From the human T2T-CHM13v2.0 reference genome, Homo sapiens, in assembly GCF_009914755.1 (NCBI RefSeq), contig NC_060934.1: a stretch of 64,000 bases of DNA. The stretch is one strand, 5' to 3'. Position 1 is the stretch's first letter; every line of letters begins with the position of its first letter. This document shows positions 26,400 to 40,326 of the stretch, one piece after another. The notes below the pieces were generated by a model that saw only the letters and a list, made by a program, of their open reading frames with translations, was not told where the DNA came from and did no database searches. Position numbers and translations under genes: made by a program.

Positions 26400-27265
26400 A
26401 TGCTTTTCTTACGATGTGGATTGACCCTCCACTGGAGAGGCAGGGTCTGGGTTCTCTCTCCTTGAATCTGGATGGGACTGTGTCTTCAGGGAAGGTGACA
26501 CCATGTGACTGGAGAGACTGTGTCATAAAGATCATTATGTCTTCCATCTTAGGATGCTCAGGATGTAACTGAACCCAAGTTCAGCGGCTTGCCTCTGGAA
26601 AGCCAGACTTGAGAGACAAGGGTTGATGGGAGGAAAAGCAGGTTTATTTGGAGAGCCAGCAAAACTGAGAAGGGGGTGAGCTAGCATCCTAAAGTACCAT
26701 TGTATGCCAGTACAAATTTTAGGCTCCTTTTATGTTAAGGACAGGGAGAAGAGGAGGAGGTTGAGATCCAGAGGTGACTGATGACTGCAGAAATCTGGGT
26801 GGCAGCCAGGGTCCAAGGAGGTTGGGAACTTTGTCAGGTCACAATGCTCCTATAAATTTTTAACAAAACATAGTTAGTTGTATATGTAGTTCCCCTTTAA
26901 TCCCAGACTTAGTTATAAAAACCAATGGGTAAAGGCCCCTTAAACATAAATGATGTTAGCTGTGTTAGTTCTTTGCTGTTTCACTGTTATACTTGCTCTT
27001 GGAGCCCAGTTATGCTGTGAGGAGACAGAGATGATAACAGAGAGGCCATGTGTGGATGTTCTGGCTGACAGCGCCCACTTGAGGGCCCAGCTGACAGCCA
27101 GCATCAGCCTCTAGATAGGTGACTGAATGAGCTTGAAGAGACCCAGAAGAAAACCACCCAGCTGAGCCCTGTCAACCTCCAGCGTGAGAGTTAATCATAG
27201 AACCCTGTTGTTGTGTTAAGTCCTCAAATTTTGGGAGTGATTCATTGTGCAACAACAGTTAACTT
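26400..27265 (+). mobile_element. Old MaLR LTR (MLT1F-H-like) split by a nested LTR
   Basis: CTCTCCTTGAATCTGGATGGG...GAAGGTGACACCATGTGACT; resumes CCAGCTGACAGCCAGCATCA...CCAGCTGAGCCC...GTTGTTGTGTTAAGTC. Confidence 0.65.
26564..26983 (-). mobile_element. ERV1-type solo LTR nested in MLT1 (family uncertain)
   Basis: TGTAACTGAACCCAAGTTCAG...TTTCA termini; antisense AATAAA (TTTATT at ~26643). Confidence 0.6.
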
Positions 27266-28440
27266 GAACCATTGTTTTCTCTCCAGCTTCAGTGAGTGAA
27301 AGCTTTATTGTATGGTGTTTTTTAAGCTTAGTGAGACTAAGACACAGAAGACATGAAATATGGTTGGTTACATGTGGTTTGTGCTCTTCATATTCCCATT
27401 GATTTATGGGTAAAGTGTGTCATGGAGCCAGTGTTAGTGCAAGTTTACAAATGGCAGATTTGTAAAAAGTAATGCTTATTAATCAAACCTAATGGTCTCT
27501 GATGTTTTTATGTGAGTTTCAGAATTCAGTTTTGCTAATTGTCTTCTTATTAATTTGTGATTCTCCTATGCAAGTTAGTCAAATGATCTCACTGTGGTTG
27601 AAATGACAATCTCAGCGCATAGATTTCTAAGTGTAATTTTAAAAAAAAGCACGTGGTGGGAAGTTTGATTAAATAGACGTTTATAGCCTTGGTTTTCTAA
27701 ACAATAAGAGTTAATTACAGGGGGGCATCATTTGCAATTGTATAGAACTCTTCATCCGTGGAATTCTGAGCAGTTTACTAAAACTTGAAATGTTAGTCTT
27801 GCATTTATTCAGTATGCAAATAAAGCATATAAAATATTCCATCAAGCACTTTAAATAGTCAGCCAAACATATCTTTTTATTATTAGATCAGGAAACTCAA
27901 ATATAGTTACTCTTTGATTTAATTAACATATTGAAAATACAATTTGGTGTAAACTTACTCTTTTCTCATCAAAGCTTGAAACACCAGCAACTGTTCTGTG
28001 GGATTTGAAATTCTATTCTTGAAGGTAAATAGCTGTGTTTTCTATTAATGCCCTTGTTATTTATTTAGACCCAGACAGGAAAGCAGCCCTGGGAGGAAAG
28101 CATTCATTTAAAGGCTGAGGGTGATTTTCTGTTTGTTTGATGCTGAACTAATACTACCCCACTAGGAAGGTTCATTCTTTCTGTTTTGACAGAAACCTCC
28201 AAAGCCAATTACTGCTGGATGTTTCTGATCTTGAAGGCCATGATAATGCTTTCAAGGCCTTGGCTGAGGGGAACCCCATACCTGGGTTGACTTTCTGGCT
28301 ATGTCAACCAGGATTAGGGGAGGGCCCAGGGGTACAGCGTGGGTAGGGGAGGTCAGTGAAGGGCATTTTGGGGTCCTGCAGGTGGGAAGAGCTCCAAGAG
28401 GGGGTTGGCATGGAGAGATGGGAAGGAGGGAAGAGTATGA

Positions 28441-29160
28441 GGTGACAATGAAAAAGCCAAACTCTGCCAAAATATCTAAAGAGGTTTATTCTGAGCCATA
28501 TGAGTGACCATGGCCTGGGGAAACACAGACTCAAGAGGCCCTGAGAAAGTGCTCCCAAGGCCATCAGGTTACAGCTTGGTTTTATACGTTTTAGGAAGAC
28601 AGGAATTGCAGGTAAAATCATAAATCAGTACATGGGAGATACACATTGGTTTGGTGTATATCTGTCTTCAAAGGTCGGACATCTTGAAGTGGGGACTTAC
28701 AAGTCATAGGTGGGTTTAGAGATTCTTTCTTGGCAGTTGATTGAAAGAGTTCAGCTTTGTCTAAAGCCTTGGAGTCAGTAGAAAAGAATGCTTGAGTTAA
28801 GATAAGGGGCTCTGCTGTCTGTCATGTGAGGCCAGGCCAGAGTCAGGTTGGAAAGTAGGCCATGATATACTGGGCCAAAGAGACCCGTTTAACAGTTTTA
28901 TGGCTTGTAAGGGTGACTTTCCCCAGGCTTCTTAGACAGGGATTTGAGCAAGAAAAAAAGGTTAGAGTTCAGTCCTTGAGATATGGACAGAAGGCTCCCG
29001 CCCCCATGCCACAGAGCCCATTTCTCAGATGTGAGGACCTGACCGCCACCACTGGAGATGCAGTATTGGGATTTTGTCATCACCTTCCCCAGGGCCTTCT
29101 TTAAAATGCACATTTTCAGAAGAATAGGTGTGGGTGTAAATAACATTTTGGTCCTCAACA
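28441..29160 (-). mobile_element. ERV1 solo LTR, MER4 family (MER4D/E-like)
   Basis: AAAGAGGTTTATTCTGAGCCA...CTCAAGAGGCCCTGAGAAAGTG...CAGCTTGGTTTTATAC. Confidence 0.8.
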
Positions 29161-31769
29161 TTCCTGGAGGGGAGAGATGAGCAGAGCAGGGCTGAGACGC
29201 GGCTGAGGGTCCTGTGTGGGGCGGCTGTGCTGAGGCAGGCAGATCTGCTCACCTGAGTCACTCCCACGGCTGTGTCCACTCACTTGTCCCCAGGCAGGAT
29301 GGGGCACCTGGCAGGGGGCTGTGTGTTCCATGATGCTCTGCTCTGAGCCAAGCCCACCACTCCCCCTACTCCAATCTCCCTGAAATCCCCAGAGCAGATA
29401 CTTTCAGGGTTAACTCCGAGGAGATGATGGGGATAGAAGGACTGCACCCCAGCCCCACCCTGCTCAGTGCTCTTACCTGGAAAGGACGCTGTCCGTCTGT
29501 CCAAGATCATCAGGGAAGATGAGAGGCTTCAATCTTTAAGGTGAGGGTAGGGTGGGGTTGGGGATGGGCATCTCACTTCTCAAAATGGGAGGTGAGGCTT
29601 TGCAAATTTCCCTCCCAGGGGCTTGGGAGAGGCACTGCAGAGGCTCAGCTGGCCTCCACTGAAGGGAGGGTGGGGCAGGGCAGGTGGCCCCAGGCAGGAG
29701 CTCTTCCTGCCCTTTACTCAGCCCCTGCCTCACCTGTGTTCTCCAGGGAACCTGCTCCTTAGTGACTGTGGCTGTGCCCCCACAGCCCAGAGGCCGCACC
29801 TGCCTCCACCTGCATAAGGAGCTGCTTCTCCAAGCTCTCCCTGAGAGCCTCACAGCCAACCCCTAGTGTGACTGCCCAGTGGGTTCGTTTTGCCTGCTGC
29901 CCAGACCCTGAATCCTCTCAGCCTGGGGAGTCACCTGTCTTCGTGGGGCCACGGTCTCTCTTAGTCCCAGCAAAGCTGGGAGCTTTCATCCGTGGGAAGC
30001 TCTGTCTCTGTGCCTCTGGAGGTTGGAGACTCTAACAATCCGAGATCTTCCTGGGTGAGGGGACTGACCTGGTATCCTTCCGAGAGGCAAGGGGAAGCTC
30101 AGTTCTCCTTTCCGTGCCTAATGTGGTTATAGGAGAGCACTCCAAAGATGGCACTGATGTCCATGCTAGCCTCCTGGGGCGGCTGCTGGTACAAATATCC
30201 ACACACCGAGCAGCGTCAGATAGCACAGCTGTTATCTAGCAAGAGGCGGCAGTCCAGAATGGGGTGGCAAAAGGCTGTGCTCCCCGAGGCCTGGAGGGGC
30301 GTCTGTTCCTTGCAGTGTCCACTTCTGCAGTGTCCGCTCCTGCAGTGTCCACTCCTGGAGGTCCCCGGCTCGGCATGGGGCTGGCCCCCGACCCTCTGCC
30401 TCTGCCATCGTCACGTCTCTGGCCCTGACTCTCCTGCCCCGCTGTGAGGAGGCCCTTGTGATACCACTGGGCTCCCAGATGATGCAGGTTCAACTTCCAG
30501 CTCAGCCACAGCTGCTAAGTCCCCACTGCCGTGGAAGGTGACGCATGCGCAGGCCGTGGATGTTGAATCCTAGGCATCTGTAATTCCACTGACCACATCG
30601 ATTGGTGCAGCTCCCCCCGGGACGCAGACTTTTGCCTCCCAGCCTGGCTCCGACTCCACTCCGGGCTTTTCCTGCACCTGGGGCCACTTGGACTCTTCCT
30701 AACCCTCTTTGGCCTCCTGCTCTTAAGGACTTTTTAGTCAGGCCTTTCTGCAGGCCAGGCCTGGCTCTGCTGCCCCAGTGGCCTGACCCCGGCTCACCCT
30801 GGGGCTCAGCTTCCTGATGTATACACAGGGGACGGGAATCCTGCTTTGCTAGTTGTTTGGGGTAAAGGGAGGTTTTCTGGTTTTGGGGTAAAGGGAGGCT
30901 GGAGACAGGAGGAAACCATCACACCTAATGTTAGAGGAGGCTGCCGGGGCCACTGCTTTTAAAGTTTATGCAACTTAAAGTGGCAATAATTGAATTATGA
31001 AGTCAATGGAAGCCTACATCTCTGCCAGGTTCAGTGTGGGCAGTGTCCACGACCTGTCCTCCTGGCCTCTGAGCTGGAAATGCTGGCAGGGCTGTGACAG
31101 AGTTGTTTATTCTGCATAGGATCCAGCATATTGGGGGGCCTCTCACATATACAACTGACATAAGTTAGTTTTTCTACATAAACTACTTTTTTTCCTTTTT
31201 TCATTTCTCTGTTCTGTATTTAAAATGTCAGCAAATCTTCCCTTATTTGGGGATCATACGGTTTGCTTTCTTAATGGCTGGGAACCATGTTTTCCTCCGT
31301 CATTTGTAATACATTTCTCGTGTTGGAGCAGGAACGTCTCCCCCGAGCGGGCAGGTTGCTGTAATACAAACAGAAGAGCTTTTAAAATTAACGTGACATC
31401 AGAGGTTTGTTGTAGAATTTCTCTAGGAACACAGTCTGCACATATAAATGCTACAGCTCCGACTGGATGTGGTGCGTGTCTTTTAAACACCGCTGCCGTG
31501 CTGGGCACTTCTGGGCCTCCCTCCCTTCATCCCAGTGGGAGCTCAGAGCTGCTGATGCCAGTGGTCACAGGGTGGTGAGAGCCGTGCAGGGAGGGGCAGA
31601 GGCGGTTTCGGAGCCCAGCAGAGTGAGAGCCCAGCCTGGGCAGACAGGAGTTGGAGTTCCTAAAGGTGGATGCTTTAGGAAGATGCCAGCTGCCCTGGGG
31701 AAGGGGAAGAGACCGGGAGGATCATGGAGGCCATGGTGAGGCCCAGCCCAGGGCAGTCCAGGCTTGCAG

Positions 31770-31880
31770 CAGCGATAATGGCAGTCGTGAGACTGTTCAG
31801 AATACTATGCATAAGGCTCTATGCTAAGTGCCGTCCCCCGTCATTGCCTTGATTCTCACGCCACCCTACGGCCAGACCTT
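31770..31880 (-). mobile_element. MIR SINE fragment
   Basis: TACTATGCATAAGGCTCTATGCTAAGTGC...TGATTCTCACGCCACCCTA. Confidence 0.5.
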
Positions 31881-33470
31881 CTCTTCTCCATGCCAGGCAG
31901 AGCTAGTTCTCAGGGCTGGCTGTGGGCAGGAGCAGAGGCGGTGCCGGTAGGAAAGCAGGTTCCAGGAATGGCGAAGCTAAATGTCAGTGCCAAGACTGGA
32001 AGGGAAGGAGGGTGTTGGCACAGAAGGCGCGTGCCCGATGGGGATGGCAGGAGAGTCTGTGCATGGTGGGCAACCCGCAGAACGACTTTCGGCCCTCGGC
32101 AGTCTCTCTTGGCTCTGGCTTTGCAGACTCCCATCCTCTCCTGGACCTGGAGGCCGAGAGGCATCTCTAAAACACAGAAGTCAGTGAAAATGTGTCTCGT
32201 GCTACCTGACGCTCTGTCCTTTCCCGAGTCTGCAGGCACTGTTCATGTGTCATTTAATTTTTATGGGCACTCCCACTGAGCACTGGGTCCGGGCTTCAGG
32301 TAACAAGGTCTGTGGATATTTGCAGCCACCTGAAATACCGTAAGGGTGAACAATTTCGCGACTTCACGATGCACGTTTTCATTTTATTGCAGGTCATTTT
32401 AGACAAATAGAAATCAAATGTGAAGGAAGCACCGTAAAAACGTGTGCTTTCCAAGGGCCAGTTGTTCCTGGATCATACCCAGCAGTGGTCACCTCGTAAA
32501 ATGTCCCATAAAATCAGCCTGAATAGTGCAGGGATGCAGAGCGATCCCATGCAAAAAGGACAGGGGTACCTCAGCTGCCGATTATGGTGATGCCTGGATG
32601 TGATCCTACGTGGGCTGTGCTCAGGTGGGGACCTTGGGGCTCCAGCCCGTGGTGGCCACCTCCTCCTCTGGCTGGCATGCTTGTCACCGTCCCACCCATG
32701 GTGACCCCAGGCAGAGCCCACGCGCCACCAGTGTTGGTCTTGCAGGTTCTTAGAAGCTGCAGGGCTGGGATTTTCATAAGACTTTGTAAATGAGGCTTTG
32801 TGCTTGCCTGCAAGGTTAGCCTTTCTGCAGGACAGAGGGCTTACAGAGAAGAGATGCCCTGAAGTTAGCCTGTGGGGAATGAGGTCTGGCCTCTAGACAA
32901 GAACTCTGGAGCCTGTCCTTGCTGGCTGGAGCTCCAGAAGGGTCTGCATGAGAAAGAATGTGCATTTAATGCAAGGAAACAGGTGCAAGATAAGCAAATG
33001 TTAAGTAGACAAATAGAACATTAAATCATTATGATCCAAGGTGAGCAATATAAAAATATAGATAGGCATTGTGGGATGGACTTCTGGAAGACTGTACATC
33101 AGGTCAGGAATTGTGGTTATTTCTGGGTAATAGCGTGCAGGTGATTGTGGTTGCTGGGGTTTATTTACATTTTAAAGATTTCCTAAAATGAAGAGGACCC
33201 TGTGAAGAACAAGGATGGCTTGAGGGAGAGCTAGGGGAGTCCGTGGCCCAGCTGGGGAGTTAGGCAGCCAGCAAGCTGCATCTTCCCAGTCCCTCATTCT
33301 TCCCTGGCTTTCTACATTTTCCAAAATCCTGTCCAGGCAGGCCACACGGTGACCTGGTCACTTAGGGGCCACCCTCTTGTGTCCATTGGGCCCTGCCAGC
33401 TGCACTTTTATCTGACATGTAATTAGGTGCCTGTGTAAGTAGTATTTTCTGTGCTCTGGTATGTCCCCAG

Positions 33471-33519
33471 ATGCAAATCCAGGAAGGCCATTCACGACGT
33501 TGTCACAGAAGAAGTGGAG
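33471..33519 (+). other. Candidate 49-nt internal exon
   Basis: Pyrimidine-rich TATTTTCTGTGCTCTGGTATGTCCCCAG| acceptor, GAAGAA-rich body, GAG|GTCAGT donor. Confidence 0.3.
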
Positions 33520-34097
33520 GTCAGTACCACTGCCATCATGACTGCAAGCAGAGCAAATGGACAGAGCTCGCAGAGTGGCCCCAGAGCCTGCCTGGGCCCC
33601 CTTCTCACTGCTCCTCCACTCCCTGGTCTGCTGAGAGCTGGTGAATGATGACTCCCGCAGGCCTGCCGGCGAGGGGCAGTGCTGGGAGCCGGCTGAGACA
33701 CACCCTGCAAGTGTACCCTGCTGCTCCTGCCAGGTCTAGCTCCCACCATTGGCACCACTCTGCCCAGCCCTGGCCAGTGGTACTGTTTGCAGTTAGCTTC
33801 TCACTGCCCTCTCACTGCTACTGGGGTGGGCCATGGACCTGCAGCTGCCCCGTCCTGCCAAGAGGCTTTACCCCCATGGCTGGGCTTCTGCTTGGGCTTA
33901 CACTCCCATATCTGGAGGGATTAGTACCTTGTGCCAGATTCAACACCCCCAGAGGGGCCTTGCCCCTGGAACTCTGCCCAGTTGGTGCCAGCTGCCTTCT
34001 CCAGGGTCTGGACCTGTCCACTGTCCATGGCCTCCAGCCACTGCATGGAGTCCTCCATGCTGGTTGGACCCAGCAGTTAGAACTTTCTGAGAGTGAG

Positions 34098-34585
34098 TGC
34101 ATTTGTTTCCTCTATAGCTGCTGCAATGAATTACCACAAATTTAATAGCTTAAGTAACACACATTTATCACCCCATGTTCTGTAAATCAGAATTCCAGTA
34201 TGGCAAGGCTAGACTCTCTTCCCAGGGCCTCACTGGGCTGAAATCAAGGTACTGGCTGGGGCTGGAGTTCACCTGGGGCTCAAGGTCCTCTTTCCAGCTT
34301 GCCCATTATTGGCAGAATTCAATTTCTTCTCCTTCTTTCCAAGCCTGCCAGGATGGGCCAGGTTCTACTTGCACTTTGATTCTCTCTGACTTTCTCTTCT
34401 GCTCTTCTCTTCTGCTTTTCAAGGCTCATGTGATTGAGTTCACCCTGATTATCCAAGACAACCTCACTATTATAAGATTAACTGATCAGTAACCATAATT
34501 ACATCTGCAAAGTCCTCTTTTCCATGTATGGTAACAGAGTCATGGGAGTAATGCCAGAGGGCGTAGGTCATAGGGCCTGAATTTC
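34098..34585 (-). mobile_element. MaLR solo LTR (MLT1D/E-like)
   Basis: GCTGCTGCAATGAATTACCACAAATTTAATAGCTTAA...TTGGCAGAATTCAATTTC...TAATTACATCTGCAAAGTCC. Confidence 0.85.
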
Positions 34586-34769
34586 TCTCACTGGGCATTG
34601 CCACTGCTAGAGTGCTCCCACCTCAGCTGCCCTCCCACTGGCAGGTGCCTAGGCCTCTGTGGTCCTGGACACTGATTTGGACCAGAGTTCTGACCCAGCT
34701 TCCCCTTGGCTCCTCCTCTTCTCTCCTGCCCCACCTCCCTCTCCCTAGCCATGGCCAAGACTGAAAGCC

Positions 34770-34925
34770 TCAATTCAGAACCAAAGCTGGTAGGCTACGT
34801 GGAGGTCATTTCTATATGAAGTAAGGAAACACTTTCAATGGGTTGTGTGGACCAAAATTGTTGATGCTGCCTTGGGTGCAGTGAGCCTCCCATCACAAAA
34901 GGCAATAAAGCTGAGGTTGCACACC
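34770..34925 (+). mobile_element. L3/CR1 LINE 3' fragment
   Basis: GTAAGGAAACACTTTC...GCTGCCTTGGGTGCAGTGAGCCTCCCATCAC...AAGCTGAGGTTG resembles the L3 tail. Confidence 0.5.
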
Positions 34926-35497
34926 CACCATACGTGGTTTTCCTTCAAGCATGAGAAGATGATCAGATAGGACAATTAATAAAGCCTTCTTTATGTGAGA
35001 GAGTCTGGAATTTTATGAATTCTGCCTGTGGGGAACCCCAGGCAGCAGCCACGTGCCTTTTGAATATGTTGCATTTCCAAAGTCTTCTTTCAGGAAACAG
35101 CAGGTACTCAGCAGTGATGGAGATGGGCTGTGCAGTGGCCTCCTGGATTTGGTTGAAGTTGGGTTATTTGCTCTGTTAATGTTCTTGTTCCTCAGAAATT
35201 CCTTTGAGTCTCTGGGAATTTCAGCTTATCCGTGATGGGTAATGGGGAAAAGTTCATTTTAAAGGGTAAATATCACCAGCCTTAAGGAAAAATCCTCCAG
35301 AATTAAGTTTGATTTATAGCATGAAACACAGAAGAGACAGCTGGGATTCTGCTCATGAAGTGACTTGATTTGTCTGCATCTGGGGTGGTGGGAGGCAGGC
35401 TGGCTGGTTACTGAGATCCCAGCTGCAGGGTTGAGAAGATATGGCTGCAGGGGAGGGGTCTTCAGCTTGTGGAAGGAGTGTGTGTGGTTGTTGACTG

Positions 35498-35579
35498 ATT
35501 AACAAATAAGATAATTTGTGGAAAAGGTCATGGAGAACATTAACAAATAAGGTAATTTGTGGAAAAGGTCATGGAGAAC
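35498..35579. repeat. 41-bp tandem duplication, one mismatch
   Basis: ATTAACAAATAAG(A/G)TAATTTGTGGAAAAGGTCATGGAGAAC x2. Confidence 0.95.
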
Positions 35580-38500
35580 TGTGAATTGCCACAGAAATGC
35601 GAGATCCTCTGCACAACTCCAGGCGGGAAATCGAGAGGACTGGAGGGTTGAGTCTCAGCTGAAGAAGGATGATGTGATGAAGACAACCTCACCTTGGCGG
35701 GGATACAGCAAAGACATGGAGTAAACTCTGGACTACAGGACTTGAGGAACCTGGTCTGGCCTTGGATATGCTGCTCAGAAGACTCCTCAGAATCTCTGTG
35801 TCTCAGTTTACAATGGGGATGATAAAAATGTCCTGGCTTTAGCAGGGCTGGGTGCTTTTGGGATGGTGTGTGTCCCCTTGGTACAGCTCCAGGAGCCAGC
35901 ACTGTGGCAGTAGAACTTGATGCTATGCACACAGGACTTCCATGCCTGGAGAGAACCTCAGAGAAGGCCCCTGCCTGGGACATGCAGTGAGGGAAAGAGG
36001 ACCTGGGTCCTCACTAGGAGGCTTGGCTGTCCCCACCTTCCCTGTAAAGGGCATATAGCATGGCCACTTTTATGACCCACATTAATATGGTTTTGTTAGC
36101 AAAAATGGTTTCAGTCTAAAGAGAAATCACTTTCTATATTCTGATGGAAAAGCTACAATAATTCCACCACCATAAAGTTGTTCACTGGCAGCTGGTCACC
36201 AAGTAACCACAGGTTTATGTTCAGTTCAAATAAATGTGTAAAACTGGCAGCTCAGAAATCAACCCTTCCACCACAAAAGAAAACCAGATTGGAAACTCCT
36301 AACTTTTCTTGGGGTTCAGTTTGATGAAAACCCAAAGGTCAAGTTTAGAGATTCTTGGTATCTAATTTCCAAAAAATCAATTATATTGAGGTGCAGTTAC
36401 ATAGAGTAAAACACATCATTGTAATGTACATTTTGATGAGTTTTGACACGTTAGTTAGACACCCATGCAACCACAGCCTCGGTAAAGATATCAAACATTT
36501 CTTTCACTGCAGTAAGTTCCCAGGCAATCTCCACCATGCCTGGCAATCTCTAATCTGCTGTTACTGTAGATTACATGAATCATTTCTGGAGTGTAACTTA
36601 AATGGAACTATACAGTATGTATTCTGTTGTGTCTGGCTTTTTCTTGGCTTCATACCTTTGAGATTCATCCATGTTGTTGCCTTTTTGTGTCTTATTTAAA
36701 AAATCTTTACCTAGCTCAACATCACAAGGTTTCTCCTATGTTTTCTTCCAGAAGTTTTATGGTTTCAGTTCTTGTGTTTAGGTCTATGACCGACTTTAAG
36801 TTTGTTTTGTATAAGGTGTAAGGTAGGGTTGAGGGCTTTTTTTTTTTCATGTTGATATCCACTTATTTCAATACCTTTTGTGAGAATTGCCCTCTCTTGT
36901 CTGCACTACCTTTGCACCTTCGCTAAAAATCAAGTCTATTTATGTGTGGATCTATTTCTGGATTCCCTATTATGCTCTATATTTATCTGCCTATCCTTTT
37001 GCCAATGTTGCACTTTCTTCATTACTAAAGCTTTATAATAACTATTACAATCAGGAAGTGCAAATTTCAACTTAAAAAGTCTTTGCAAATTGTTTTGGCT
37101 ATTTGTGATCTTTTCTATTCCCACATAAATTTTAGAATCAGCTTGTCAATTTCTACCAGAAAAGTGTGCAAAGGTTTTGACTGGTATTGTATTAAATCCA
37201 TATATCAATGTGGGGAGCATCAATCTATTAGCTATATTGAGTACTCTGATCCATGAATATGGTACATCTCCCCATTTAAGTCTTTTAAAATTTCTCTCAG
37301 CAGTGTTTTATAGTTTTTAATGTACAAATTGTGAACATATCTGGCTCTCTAAAGATTTCATGAGTTTTCTTTTTGGTTGCTGTTGTAAATGGTATTTCAT
37401 TTTAGCTTTTCAATTTTCAATTGTTCATTGATACTGTGCTAGTAGAAATACAATCATATATTGACCTTGTATCCTAAGGCCTTCATAAATTAAATATTGT
37501 CTCTAGTAGTTTTTTTTGTAGGCTTCAGAATGTTCTATATAGACAATTACATTGGTGAATATAGACAGTTCTACCTCTTCCTTTTATTTGTATGCCTATT
37601 ATTATTATTTGCCCTTTTCACTGACTAGGACTTCCACTATAATATTGAATAGAAGTGGTGAGAGGAGACAGTCTTGCCTTGTCCCTCATCTCAGAATCAA
37701 CCTTTCATCATTAAGTATGATGTTAGTTGTAGATGCCCTTTATCAGGTTGAGACAGTTTCCTTTTATTTATAATTTGCTGAGAGATTTTATTTATCACAA
37801 ATGGATGTTAATTTCTTATCAAATGATTTTTCTGCCTCCACTGAGGTGTTGCTTTTTATCTTTTATGAAGTGTTGCATTGTTCAATTTTTAAATGCTAAC
37901 CCAGGGTTATATTTCTGGCTTAAATCCCAATTGATCATGATTTATCATCCTTTTTACATAATACTATATTTTATTTGCTAGTATTTTGTTAAGGATTTTT
38001 AAGTCTATATGCATAAGCATATTGTAGTCTCTTTTTTTTGGTAATATCTTTGCTTTTGGTAACACAGTAATGCTGGCCTCATTAAATGTGTTTCATTCTC
38101 TTCTATTTTCTGAGTCTATGTAGAATTGGCATTGTTTCTTAAATATTTAGTAGAGTTTACCAGTGAGTGGATTTGGGCGTGGAATTTTCTTTCTAAGAAC
38201 ATTTGTAGCTATAAATTCAATTTTGATTAAGTACTATTTTGGTTATCTATTTGTCCTTGAGTGAGTTCGCTATTTTGTGTCTTTCAAATAATTATTTCAT
38301 CAAAGTTTTCAAATTTACGGGAATAGAATTGTTATTATAGTCTCTTACTAACCTTTTAATGTCTGTAAGGTCTAGTGATATCTTCTCTTTCGTTCCTGAT
38401 AATAGTAATTTGTTTTCTCTCTTTTTTTTCTTGATCAATCTGGCTAGGCATTAATAAAGTTTACTGATTTTCTTTTAGTGAACCAGCTTTTTTTTCATTG

Positions 38501-39618
38501 TTTTATTGTTTATTGTTTCATAAAATTTCTCTATTGTCTATTTTCTATTTCACTGCTTTCCAGTAATGTTTATTATTCCCTTCCCTCTGCATGCATTGGG
38601 TCCAATTTGTTCTTTTTTTTCTATTAGTTGAAAGTTTATTTTATTAACTTTAAATCTGTCCTTTTTTCTAACATAAACATTTATTACTATAAATTTCTCT
38701 TTAAGCATTGCTTTAGTTGTATTATACACATTTTAATAAGTTGTATTTTTATTTTAATATAAAGTATTTTCTAAATTCCTTCACAATTTTTCCTTTGACC
38801 CTTTGCATATGTAGAGTGTGCTGTTTATTTTTTACATATTTGAAATTTTTTTCTGATAGCTTTCAGTAATTGATATCTAATTTAATTCTTTTGTGGCCAG
38901 AGAATATACTGTGTAATATTTTGATTATTTAAAGTAAATGGAGTCTTATCTTATTACTCAGATTATGATCTATCTTGGTTAATGTTCTATAGCAAATTCT
39001 GATATTGTTGGGTAGAGTGTCCTATAAATGTCAATTCTAGTTGGTGTGTTAGTGTTGTTCAGTTTTCTATGTCCTTAGCAGTTTTTTTATCTCCTTGTAT
39101 CAATTACCAAAACAAGAGTACTCGTAGATTTCTCTTTTCAGTTCTATCAGTTTTACTACATATATTTTGAATCTCTGTTATTAGGTGCTTAATACTTACG
39201 GTTTTTATATTTTTCGGGTGAATTGGTCCTATTTTTTATTTTCAAGAGTTTCTCTTTATTCTTGGTAGTATTTCTTTTTGAAGTCTACTTTGTTGGACAG
39301 AAATATAGCCACTAAAGATTTCTTTTTCTTACAGTTTGACGTATATAATTTTTTTCAGTCTGGGATTTATGGTAGACGGCATATGGTGGGTCTTTTTGTT
39401 TGAAGAAGTCTGAAAATTAATGCCTTCTATTGAAGTGATTAGACCATTTACATTTAACATAATTATCAATATAGTTGAGTTTAAGTTTATCATGTTTTAA
39501 TTTATTTTCTATTTTTCACCTTTGTGTTCCTTGATCCTTTTCCCTCTTTTCTGTCCTTTTAGATTGAGTAATCTTAATATTTAATTTTATCTCCACTATT
39601 TGCTTATTTGTTTTTCTC

Positions 39619-39661
39619 TGATGATGATGATGATGATGATGATGATGACGATGATGATGAT
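39619..39661. repeat. (GAT)n microsatellite, ~14 units with one GAC
   Basis: Read directly. Confidence 0.95.
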
Positions 39662-40326
39662 ATTTGTTCGCTCTAGGATTTATGTATAATGTAAGAACAT
39701 TTCCTTTTGCCTGAAGAGCTTCCTATATTTTTTGGTAGAGTTTTCTATGTTTTATAGAGTCAATTAATTATCACAGTTTTTGTTTGACAAAGTCTGTATT
39801 TTGCCTTTATTTTTCAAATATATTTTCATTGGATGTAGAATTCTAGGTTGACGTTTTTTTCTTTCAGCAATTTAATTATATAATTTCATTGTCCTTTGTC
39901 TTGTGTAATTTCTGGTGAGAACTCTGTTATCATTCCTTATTCCTTTGCACATAGTATGTGTTTTTCTCTGGCTCCTTTTAAGTTTTTCTTTTTAACCCCA
40001 TTTCCAGCAATTTGATTATGATATACCTGTTTTATTTTAATTACTTCTTAGTTTATTTATTTATATTTATCAAGTATAGCATATGTTCAGCTCCTTGAAT
40101 CTTTGGGTTTATAGTTTTCTCTTAATTTGGAAAATTTTTAGCTGTGATTTCTTCAAATTTATTTTTGGTCTCCTTTCTCTCTTCTTCCCTCACTGGACTC
40201 CAATTACACATATATTAGACCACTTTGTATTGTCCCACAGGTTACTGAGCCTCTGTTCATATTTTTTCTCTGTACTTCATTTTGTATAGTTTTTATTGCT
40301 ATGTAATCAAGTTCACTGATGACTTC

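Noticed and set aside
33480-33520. RKAIHDVVTEE resembles RPL31 RSAINEVVTRE
   Set aside because: Similarity does not extend on either side; likely chance.
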